Below, in pieces: positions 1 through 16,439 of a DNA stretch of 64,000 nt. A model generated the notes under the pieces. That model ran no database searches, had not been told where the DNA came from, and saw only the letters and a program-made list of their open reading frames with translations. Positions within the stretch are counted from its first letter, which is position 1; each line of letters begins with the position of its first letter. The position numbers and the translations under genes are program-made. Origin of the DNA: Amoebidium appalachense (taxonomy: Eukaryota; Protista; Ichthyosporea); assembly GCA_963693365.1 (NCBI GenBank), contig CAVNZM010000001.1:13440418-13504417 (forward strand), read 5' to 3'.

Positions 1-7
1 CACATAC

Positions 8-5224
<5,217 letters not shown>

Positions 5225-6598
5225 GCTGAACACTGTGCACACGCAAACGGTAGTTGGTAATTGATGTGGGTGTAAATTTGCTGGTGTTCTGGGTAAAGCC
5301 ACTGAATATTCTGCATTTACAAAATAAGAATCACTGCCTATGAGGTTTATCTATAGACCTATGGGACAATCTGCCTGGTTCCAAGAAGGAATATGCCAAG
5401 CGATGTCCACCTTACATAAACATCAGCACTTTAACCATAATTAGATGTATCTTTTCAATACTATCTTTTCAGCCTTGCCAACTTAACTACTATAACGATG
5501 CAACAGCCCGATATTTGGTCCTAGATCACGGCCATCTAGAAACACCGGCCGTGGTCCTAGTGTAGCCTAAACGTGTTGGCAGGCCGCAAAAAGGCCGTCG
5601 GAAAAACAACTGCCAGGGGGCAAAAAAAAAAACAAGAGGGGCTAAGAGGCTCACTGTTTGCGCAAATATTGAGAATGTGGATTACGGTGTTCCTAGTTTT
5701 CGGCTTATTCATTAACCCAACTTTTGGCGGGAAAGTTTAGATTCTGGATTCCACTGGCCAAGCGCGTATCAATGACGTCATGATGAATCCGCAAATTCGC
5801 GAACACATAGCAATAAATGGGCAAAGCCAATCAGATCACGCCAAGGTCACACCTGATCTCTGCAAATGATCGTTATCCAATCATATCGTGTTCCTGGCAT
5901 TCCAATGTGTTACGTCACAGTAATCGCTTGGTCTTGGCTTCACCTACAAAAAAAACCAAAATGCTCCATTTTGTTTCACAAACGCTCACGAACCGACTAA
6001 AACAGGAAAGAAAGTTTGAAAATACAAAAAGTGCTTGTTGTTCTTACAGAATTTCTACATTGAAAACTAATAGTAGCTTGAAAGCACGCAAACGATTTCT
6101 GTATGTATAGTGTTGTAGTTGACTGCGTGCACACCAGCTGACAATACACACGTGTGATTTGGTTTTTTTCAACACAAGAGTGTTTTCTTACAGTGTAGGC
6201 CTGTGCATAATATATTTCCGTAACGATACAACAATCGTGCGCGAACAGCCTGACCTCATTCTCGCCTATTGTTACACCTCACTCCATTACGCTGTCCATT
6301 TCTAACTACAACTACAGTGTCCGTGTGAATCCAGCGCGAAAAGTGAATTCGGCAATTTTTGCCACACGAGGACAACATATGTAATCATTTCTTCCGTGCA
6401 CCTCCAACACCATAAATTCGTTATCTGTCGTTTTCAGAGCACCACACAAAGTAGCTCTTCAAACTGCCGAATACAGTGTGTATTCTGGTGTAATATTGTC
6501 TCGTGAGCAACCTACATTCATTTACCTCTTCTCGCCGCTTCTTCCTCTAAATTCCAAGCCTCTGCGAATTTTGTCAGGCAAACGTTTGAATCACCCAA
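5225..6598. promoter_or_regulatory. Putative bidirectional promoter between FN3K-like and AN1-ZnF genes
   Basis: Divergent gene starts. The region is microsatellite-free unique sequence, with a CRE palindrome TGACGTCA at 5773-5780 and a CCAAT box (GCCAATCAG) near 5827. Confidence 0.45.
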
Positions 6599-7078
6599 AT
6601 GGCCTACGCAAATCTACCCAAGAAAGACAACAAGTCCACACTTCTGTGGATAGACGAACCCGCCCGGCCATCCACGCCCACTGTGACGGATGCTGACGTC
6701 ATGGCGGTGGGCCGGCACTGCAGCTCACCGGACTGCCGGCAGTTGGACTTCTTGCCGTTTCAGTGCACTGGGTGCAAAATGGAATTCTGGTGCGTGTTGT
6801 TCTCCCCCCCCCCCCCCCCCCCCCCCTTCCCCCCTCCCCCTTCCTCCCCCCCCCCCCCCCCCCCCCCCCCCCGGGAGAAAAAAGAAAGAAAGAAAGAAAA
6901 GAAAACGAAAACCCCAATCAATACCACACACACACACATGCACACACGTACGCATACACACACGCTCGCGCACATGCAAGTGCACATGCTCACGCACACG
7001 CATGCACACACGCCAACACATATGCACACGCACTCACACGGACATGCATACTCAGTGTCACGTGCACACACACATGCG

Positions 7079-7127
<49 letters not shown>

Positions 7128-7335
7128 TTTTTTTTTTTTTTGGGGGGGGGGGGGTGGGGGTGGAAGGGGCGGGGTAGAGGGGGGTGAAGAAGGAGGGGAG
7201 ACGGGGGGGAGGGGGAAGAGGGGGGTAATTCTTTATGTCATTGGATAGTTGTTGGGTTGCTGACTGGTTCCTTTATTTTGCAGTTTGGACCACCGAACAT
7301 TCAAAGCCCACAGCTGCCCGTACGCACCCAAGGAG
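6599..7335 (+). CDS. AN1-type zinc finger protein (ZFAND1/ZFAND2/Cuz1-like), first two exons; 3' end unresolved
   Basis: Exons 6599-6789 and 7284-7335 (phase 2) join to VGRHCSSPDCRQLDFLPFQCTGCKMEFCLDHRTFKAHSCP, a complete AN1 motif with the DFLPF signature. A GTGAGT donor follows. Confidence 0.85.
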
Positions 7336-7489
7336 GTGAGTAACTTGAGTTTTTTAAGTCATTTTTAGTGCATGTATGTGTTTTGTGTTTTCGATTCCTA
7401 AGAATTTTACACTTTCAGCAGTGGGAAGGGAAGGAGGAGAATGAGGAGGGGGAGGGGGGGTGGAGGGGTGGAGGGGGGGTATCATCAGT

Positions 7490-7646
7490 ATTGCCATACG
7501 ACTGGACTAAGCTAATAAGGACTGGCAGTCACTTGGAAAGCTCCCCAACGACCAAGTAGCCGCCCCTCCACTCACGCAGCACAGAAGTAGGGGAGCTTTC
7601 CAAGTGACTGCCAGTCCTTAGCCTTCAGCTGCAGTCTTATGGCAAT
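7490..7646. repeat. Hairpin / MITE-like inverted repeat
   Basis: Perfect 31-bp inverted repeat 7516-7546 / 7590-7620 (TAAGGACTGGCAGTCACTTGGAAAGCTCCCC) plus outer arm ATTGCCATACGACTG / CAGTCTTATGGCAAT. Confidence 0.75.
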
Positions 7647-7980
7647 GACCGGGTTTGCTTGCATGCATTCTGTAATTGTGTTTTTCTGTGTGTCCTGCCA
7701 CAACTAGGCCACCTTATCAGAGAGGCTAGATGCAGTTTCTCCGGGTTATCTAGGGGCCGGGCCCGTTGGGATTGTTTTTTAGCTCAGATTTGGTCTGCAT
7801 TGCTCTTTTAGAGGCTGACTTGCTTGCTGTGCCTCGAAAGGTTTTGAGGGGGGCCTGTTGGGAAGGAGCAGTAATGCCTGTCTTCTTGCGGAGTGTGGTC
7901 TGGTCAACATCGATGCATATGACTAGTTGGAGCAAACTAGTTTCACGCATACACGTACACTTAAGGTTTTGCCCGCTGGT

Positions 7981-8219
7981 GTCCTTTGTCACTTGTCGCT
8001 TTATTTTTATTTCGTAGCTTTGGCTTTTTCAGTTCTATTGGTGGTTATGTAGCCTGTGGCTGCACGTTGCCTTCATCAACGGATCAATAAACCCGAGTCA
8101 AAAGAAAAAAAAACAGTTTTTATTGTCTGCTCAGTATGCCGTGCATACTTGCATACTTTCCGTCGAATAAATCCAGTAAAAAGAAAGAAAAAGAAATAAA
8201 GCGACAAGTGACAAAGGAC
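7981..8219. mobile_element. MITE-like element with 26-bp terminal inverted repeats
   Basis: GTCCTTTGTCACTTGTCGCTTTATTT (7981-8006) is the exact reverse complement of 8194-8219. Internal segments recur at about 42217-42240 and 42368-42420. Confidence 0.7.
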
Positions 8220-8477
8220 GCCCTCCGTCTTCGTTCCTTTTACGGCATTGCGCGCACGCGCGGAATTCTTTTTTAATGGCTTTCTCCTCCCTGCGAGCGG
8301 TACAATCGCTGCTACCTGTGTGCGGGTGTGGTGTGTGTGTGCGTGCGCGCGCGTGTGTGTGTGTGTGCGCGCGCGCCGTGCGAGAATGCATGCAGATGCC
8401 ACGTGGTGGTATGTTTGTATGCCAGGGGAAAAAGGGGGGAAGCGAGGAAAGGGAGGTCGGGGAGGGGGGGGAGGGTG

Positions 8478-8620
8478 TTTAGAATGCGGAACACGGAGCA
8501 AAGTGTAACTAGACGATCAGAAGCATGGTGCAGGACACATGCAAAGGCAAGCATTCAAGTATGGAACATCAGCAACGCGAGCAGTATGCAACACATAAGC
8601 TGAACACATCCTCGAGCGCC
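8478..8620 (-). repeat. Copy of dispersed SINE-like repeat family
   Basis: GAATGCGGAACACGG...GACACATGCAAAGGCAAGCATTCAAGTATG..ACATCAGC closely matches about 63029-63120. Confidence 0.7.
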
Positions 8621-8637
8621 GGGGGCCGGGGGGAGAA

Positions 8638-8685
<48 letters not shown>

Positions 8686-8708
8686 GGGGCTCGGACAGGT
8701 GGTTGGTG

Positions 8709-8810
8709 GTTGGTTGGCTCTTAGCTCTCAGTGTGCACTCACTAAAAAGTTAGGTGTAAGTTGGTTGGCTCTTAGCTCTCAGTGTGCACTCACTAAAAAG
8801 TTAGGTGTAA
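8709..8810. repeat. Perfect 51-bp tandem duplication
   Basis: GTTGGTTGGCTCTTAGCTCTCAGTGTGCACTCACTAAAAAGTTAGGTGTAA occurs twice head-to-tail. Confidence 0.9.
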
Positions 8811-9028
8811 AAAACCTTCATTTTCAAGCTGCCAGGGGTAAACTTTTTTTTTTTTCTTTCTTTTTTTTTTTTTTTTTTTTTTTGCGCCTTTTGCTTTGTT
8901 TCATCATGGCGGAGGGCAGAGAGGGAGGAGAGTCGATGAGGGGGTGGAAGGGAGGATAAGAGAGGGGAAGAGAGGCCGCAGGTGGTGTGTATGCTTTTTA
9001 TCCCTCTTTTCTTTCTTTCTTTCTTTAC

Positions 9029-9163
<135 letters not shown>

Positions 9164-9514
9164 GGGGGGGGGGGAGGAGGGGTGGGGGGGTGGGGAGGGA
9201 AGGGCAGATAAATTCTCAGTGGGTTCGAAAATTTTAGGAGTCGAGGAAGGAGCAGGGAAAGAGAGAGGGGAGCGGGGGGGAAAGAGGGGGGGGGGGGGGG
9301 GGGGGGGAGAGAGAGAGAGAGAGAGAGAGAGAAGCGAGAGAGAGAGAGTCTCTAGAGAGAGAGTAGGGGAGGGAGAGAGGGAGCTACAGAGAGAGAAAGA
9401 GAGGTAGGGAGGGGAATAGGGCGGGGGGAGGGGGGAGAGGAGGACGGAGGGGGGGGAGGAGAAGGGGGGGAGGGGGGAAGTGGGGGGCAGGGGGGAGGTG
9501 GGGGGGAAGTGCAC

Positions 9515-10351
9515 CTTCCAGTGGGATGGGTTGAAAGGGCGCCGTATGAGTTTACGCGTGTTGGTTCCCATGCCCTTTGCAGTGAAATCAAGCAGCCGTT
9601 TGATAAACACAAGCTCCCTCGGCAAGCAGGGCACCTGAAGTGGCTGTTCCCTACCGGGCATTATATGTGCCCGCCACCACTCCCTGCCCTTTCCCGAGTA
9701 CTCGTTACAATCGCTCAAGAAGAGACGCAAATACTGCACAAACGCAACTGGAAGGGGTGGCTCGACAAAAACCATGTTCAACATGCTCACGGCCACAGGG
9801 GTGGATTGACCAGCAAACATAACGGGAAACTGATCGTTGCTTGTTTTTGCTTGACCGCTTTCATCTGAGTTGTAAACACGCCCATACACCCCGGTCAGCT
9901 CCGGTCGTCCGGGAAGTGCAGTGACCACGACAAAATCGTTGCGTGAAGGCTTTGCACACCAACACCCGTCCGCATCTCCTCGAATCTTCGCAGGATCACA
10001 CCACGATTCCGAGCGCACCAACGCCACCAACGAAGCGGGAACACCCTCCAACACAGTCTCTCTCTTTCCTTGACGGACCATCACGGCACAGGTCGAATCC
10101 ACCTTGTTCCAATCCACCACCGTTCCCACCTTCCCAGTGAATCTCTCCGAATACCACTTTTTCTCCCCTATTGTCTGACGAAGGAGAACGACTGTTTCTC
10201 CCTTGTGCAAGTTTCTCCCTCCGGGAGGTAAAAGGCGGGGCCCCAAATTGTGCAACGGAACTACAATGAGTTTCTCTTGATTGACGGTGACCTGTTCATG
10301 AAAGGCAACGAAACTCGAATTGTTTGCGAATTTATGATTTTTAAGATGCAA
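9515..10351 (-). CDS. Coding exon of uncharacterised protein with SH3/KOW-like beta-barrel repeats
   Basis: About 280 codons of normal-complexity ORF with repeats of the type G..Vv....G+.G.V.....V......v...Nl (GETVVLL...FTGKVGTVV; DFVVVTALPGRPELTGVYGRV...VAVSMLNM). Donor AAG|GTGCAC at 9515. The start is not identified (the ORF-track start is TTG). A possible last exon lies at about 7902-7750. Confidence 0.6.
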
Positions 10352-11003
10352 ATTTATTGACCCACTTCTCTGACCAATACGTATATATACTTCAACACCA
10401 CAGGTGCCATAAACGATATCGATAAGCCGTTACCGTTACAGGCATGTCCATTGTAACATATATGCATATGTAATGACTAATAGCGACATCTCCCATGATA
10501 TGGCTTTCATTCTTGCAAACGACACTGTGCACACATGCACACCAATACTAAGGCACGACATTGATCCATTTACGGTATACGGATAAGCGTTACAGCTGAT
10601 ATGACCACTAATATGGACGGTCTTCTCTAAGAAAACACTGTCATAATACTAAGATTATTCAAGTATGCTGCTGCAACCATTTTTAGTACGATTGTACTTG
10701 TCCATTCAAAAAACATCGAATAGTTCACTTAACGCGAACTGTTACATGTGTTCTTGTAGACGCCACACGGTGTGTGTGTGTGTATGTGTGTGTGTGTGTG
10801 TGTGCGCTCGCGCGCGTTTGTGCTTGTATGGCCTCTACCTGTATGTGGCAGCCTGATCAAGATTATTAACCACTCCCATATCTGCTACCACCACGAGATT
10901 TCACCTATTAGTATCAGTGCACATATGCACTAACTAGCTATGCACAACCTATTTATAAGTGCTCCTTCCTCTTCGTCTACTGCTCTAGGAGGGGAGGGAG
11001 AGG

Positions 11004-11056
<53 letters not shown>

Positions 11057-11316
11057 GCCAAAAAAAAGCCCTGGCATGTTCAACCGCCACCTATATATAC
11101 ACCAACCTAATCATATTTACAGTTTATGTCCCCCCAAAATACATAACCGATAAGGAAAACAAAAGAACAAGGAGAAGAAAAGAAAGGGCAAGGAACGGAA
11201 AGAAAAACAAAAAAAAAAGAAAGAGAGCAAGCAAGAAATAAAAAACGGGGGAAATCGGACAGGGTGGTCCAATGAAAACGGTGGACACATAGGTGCAGCC
11301 ACCAAGTTTTCAAAAA

Positions 11317-11957
11317 TCAAAATGGAATCGGGCCACCACCACCCCTCGATGAAGCCAGTATTAGCAGCATGACAAATAGGATAGTGGGTATAAGGGTTGC
11401 TGCAACCAGACCCATAAGCTCCACGTACATGCGCTGAACCTGCTGCGTGCCAACAACAGCGCCTTCATGCCTGCGGTCGTGTACGAGTGTTTGTGTGTGT
11501 GTGTGGTGTGGGTGTGGGGTGTGTGTGTGTGTGTGTGTGTGCGTGTGCGTGTACATTTGTGTACGTCTGTGTGTGTGAGTGCGTGTGTGTATGTGTAAGG
11601 GTGCTTTTGTGCAGTGTTGCAAGTGTGTGTTTGTGCATTGTGGTGTGGTGTGGTGTGGTGTGGTGTGTGTGTGTTGAGTGTGTGTGTGCGTGTGTGTGTG
11701 TGCGCGCGCGCATGTGCGCATGTGTGTGTACGTGTGCGTTTTTACTATGTTTGTGCGCATGAAGGTTTGGGTTTGAGTGCGTGCGTGTGCATGCCGTGTA
11801 GATGTGCGCGAGAGTACATGTGTACGTGGGCATGTGTGAGTGAACGTACTTGTGCTCACCAAATTACTTAGGCAGCACCATGTATGTGTGTTATCATGGC
11901 ATGACCGCAGTAGATTCAGTGGAAACATTACCACACACAACTAAGGGCGGGCGGGGT

Positions 11958-11994
<37 letters not shown>

Positions 11995-12299
11995 TAGATG
12001 ATGAGTGTAGGCGGATAAAAAAGGAGGGTAAAGTGAAAAGAAAATTGCTAGCATCAGAAAACACACCCAACTTTGTTCGGCCCAAGCCCTTATTTTATAA
12101 AGTACCATCTCCTTTGTACCAGGGTGTGGAGTGAACGATGCCACCACCACACATACAAGGCGTGTGTGTGTGTGTGTGTGTGCGGGTGCGTGCACGTGAA
12201 CATGTGTTTCTTTCCTCCCCCCCCCCCCCCCCCCCCCCCTTTTTTTTTTTTTTTGGTGTGGTGGTGGTGGTGGTGGTGGTGGTGGTGGTGGTGGTGTGT

Positions 12300-12382
<83 letters not shown>

Positions 12383-13053
12383 GGGAGAGGGGGGAAGAGG
12401 GCAAGCAACAATCGCAAAAAGGTTGCACGCAAACACAGTCCACATGTCCGAAGGCACAGCCACACGCCCACACATCCACACACACTCCCACTTGTTGGGT
12501 ACACAGTCACATCCTTCATACATGCGCAAACACACACACACACACACCAGTCACGAGCATCCACACACACCAGCACACACCCACGTTGATCATCCACCAC
12601 AATCAAAGGTTATGGGTTTTTCCCTATGCTTCTTACACATATGCACACACCGAGGCGCCTTGAAGCGCATGCCACATGCCGTCGCAAAGTGAAAAGTTGA
12701 AGGTCTTCAAAATTTCTCAAAGACAATGCACACACTACGCTACCTTGTATTAGAGGACCGATGTCTGAATGCATTGAGCAGCCTTCGTCTGGGCTTCCGT
12801 GGCACCGTCGTGGTGTCCTCCTAAGGGGGGGGGGGGGGGGGGGGGGGGGGGTTGCATGTGAGTGCCAACCGGAGATGAAGACAAACAAACGGATTTGTGT
12901 TTGTGGATGTGTGTTTGGGTGCCCCAAGAGCAACACCCATTTTGGGCCGGGGAGGAAGGGGGATTTTTTTTTTTTTTTTTTTTGGGGGGGGGGGGGGGGT
13001 TGTTACAACGTCGTGTAAACACGTCCTTGGATGCGATTGCAATGATGTGTGTG

Positions 13054-13113
<60 letters not shown>

Positions 13114-13199
13114 CGTGTGTGTGTGTGTGCGCGTGCGCGCACGCGCGCGCGCAGTGATGGTGGTGGTGGTTGGGGCGGGTCATTGATGGGGGTGAGACA

Positions 13200-13245
<46 letters not shown>

Positions 13246-13394
13246 AAGAAAGCATCTTCCTGCAGGTGACTGTGGCACATTTTGCACGTGCATGCATGCC
13301 TACCTCTGTTCTTGGGGTCGTGAGCACGGCCAGGGTCTCCAGGTCTTTCTTCAGGTGGCTGAGCTCAGCAGTGATCTTGCTGGCCCTGTGTGTG

Positions 13395-13430
<36 letters not shown>

Positions 13431-13711
13431 GCATACGTGTCTTACATGTGTATGTGTGTTTCCACATGTGTGTGTGGCTGGTGTGCCAGCGAATGTGTTT
13501 GTTCAAATGTGTGTGCACGGGTGCACGTACATCACATCGTGCACAAGCAAACGAGGGAGAGGGACGTTTTTGGCCAGGCATTCCTCACGCCAATGATCTG
13601 TTTCTTTTAGCTGGTACCACTCAACAAACAACTCGACAACATATTAGTTAAGACCCATAGAAGCCTCCCCCCCCCCCCCCCCCCCCCCCGCCCCATCACC
13701 ACCAGAAAAAA

Positions 13712-13743
<32 letters not shown>

Positions 13744-14527
13744 AACAACCAACAAACAAAACAAAAAAACAGCCATCCGTTAGCCTTCTTCCATCACTTC
13801 CAACAAAATATCACATCCCCCCCCCCCCCCCCCCCCCCCCCCCGGTCCTGCTCTCCTACTTCTCTTCCCCACCGCTATGGCCTGCGCCATCCCGTCCAAC
13901 TTTTCCAGCCTGAACACTGTCAGCATGCCACACTGTCGTGACATATATTGCCTATGCAACCCCTCCTTAAAATTCATTTGTGGATGCTGTGCTGCTCATT
14001 CCAACCATTTTGCACACAAGCAAACCCCCCCCCCCCCCCCCTCCTTCATCAAATTCCCCACACAAACTCAAACTCAACGACCCCCCCCCCCCCCCCCCCC
14101 CCCCCCTCCTTTTCCCCATACAAACCCACACAATCCTTCCCCCCACCCCTACCCCCCCACCCCCTCAATTTCTCACCTAAACCCACGCAACTCCTCCTCC
14201 TCCCTCTACAACACACACACATACACACACACAGAAAACAAAAACCAGAAGACTCACAAGCGCAAACACACAGCGCACCGACAACCCAATCTTCTGCCAC
14301 CCGCCCACCCAAAGCATGCACACACAAAGAGGAAACATACAGTGTGTTTGAAGCCTGGGGCTGGGGTTGGGTCTGTGTTCCACTGTTCTCCCCCGTGTGT
14401 GGGTGTTGGTCCCTGCGGGTGGCTGGCTGCAGAGGTGGTTTGTCACCTGGCGCACCCTGCATGTATGTGTGTGTGTGTGTGTGTGCATGTGTGTGTGTGT
14501 GTGTGCGCGCGCGCGTGCGTGCGTGTG

Positions 14528-14569
<42 letters not shown>

Positions 14570-14699
14570 GTTTTCTCTTATCTCCTTCCGCCTCCCCCTC
14601 CTCCCCCCTCCCCCCTCCCGCACACAAACGCACAACACGTACAACACTCAAAACAAGCGCCCCCCCCCCCCCCCCCCCCCCCCTCTCTCCCCCCCCCCC

Positions 14700-14731
<32 letters not shown>

Positions 14732-16353
14732 AATAAAAATAAAAATAAAAAATTACCACCTTAGTTTGACATGGAGACAAAGAAACAAATGCAGAAGCAG
14801 TGGTTGTGGCGTAGGTGGGAACTTGGTATTGGGGTAGGCTCGGCCCCGGGCGGGCCCGGGGGGGGGGGGGGGGGGGGGGGGGTTTACAGCAGAATGTGCG
14901 TTTAACAACCAAGGTGACGGGTAAGTAGCCCAATATTAGCTAATTGCAGGTTGGCTGATGCGTTTATGTGCATGGGTGCTAAAGGAGGCACCCCGAGGTC
15001 GTGGGGGGGGGGGGGGGGGGGGGGGGGGGGAGGGGCAATACGGCACTAATTAGCTGAAAAATGCGGCAAACACAAGCCTACTGCTGTGGTGGGCATGTCG
15101 TCATGTGCCTGGTGTGCTGGCACATACTTTTAAGGGTGAACTTGTGTGTGGGTGCGGGAATGGGGAAGGGTGGGGGTCAGGTCGCCCCGAGGGAGGGAGG
15201 GGGGGGGGGGGGGGGGGGGGGTAAGAGAGTTTTACCTGAGGTTTATCCGCAGCCGTATCTGCCTTTGCATGTAGACGGGAGGAGCCAGACCCCACCCCCA
15301 CAGGCCTAGCCTTGCTTACAGCCGGTGTAGACGATATGGCCGTTCCTAGGGGCTGCCTCAAAAACGAAAACCCACTCCCCCCACCACCCATAACACCCGT
15401 CCCACCTGTACGCCCCACTGCCGCGACGGTAGTGTGTGTGTTAACACCAACACCCTTTGTACCCTGTTGTTGCGAAACGGAAACAACTGTGGTTGTTGGG
15501 ATTCCTCCCGCGATCGAATTTGAATTCGTTTTTCCGACGGATTCGGAAACCGGCCCTGGCTCACGCCTCTCCAAAGATGGGGCGGTGGGTGGGCGGATGG
15601 CGGGTATTTTGGACTCGGTAGGGACCGAAAATTCGGAAACCGATTTCCCCGATGGCACCGGTTGCCCCGGTTGATGATGCATGGATCCGTGGTTACTGTT
15701 CAATCCGATTGCCGGTTGGGGTTGCGATTGCAATTGCAATTGCAATTTCGATTGCGCGGGGGCACCCTTGTCGACCGATTTGCCACCCTGACCCAAAGAT
15801 TGACCATCTCCCGTGCCATCGCCCGCGGGAGAAACAGGAGGGACACGATTAGTCCCATCGGCAGATTTCACATTCCGATCCACACCATCCACCTTTCCAG
15901 CCGCCGGTTTGACATTATCATTGTCGACCCTGACTTTACTCCCCCCCGCCTCCCATGCTTCCATTTTCCTTATGGACGGCGGCGGGGGAAGAAGAGTGGG
16001 AGGAGCAGAAGAACCGGGTTTTCCATCCTCACCACCACCATCACCACCGCTACCGCTACCACCGACCGGTATTTCGTTTGCCGTAGTTAAGGCAGATGCG
16101 GTCTTACCGGCGGCAGGTTTAGGCCTTGAAAGCCACCCGAACCGATTACCTAATAAGGTGCCACCGGGTTTGCTTGCGCCACCGTTTTGCTTGGGTGGTT
16201 GCTGCTGTTGTTGTGCAGGCGGCTGCGACAGCGGTGGGTTTTGTACTGTTTGTGATGTGGAGGGTGGTGGGCGGAGGAGAGTATCGGTAGAGGGGGGGTG
16301 GTGGTTGTGTGGTTGCGGGCGGAGGAACGTGTGCTCGTGGGGAGTGTGAGGGG

Positions 16354-16439
<86 letters not shown>

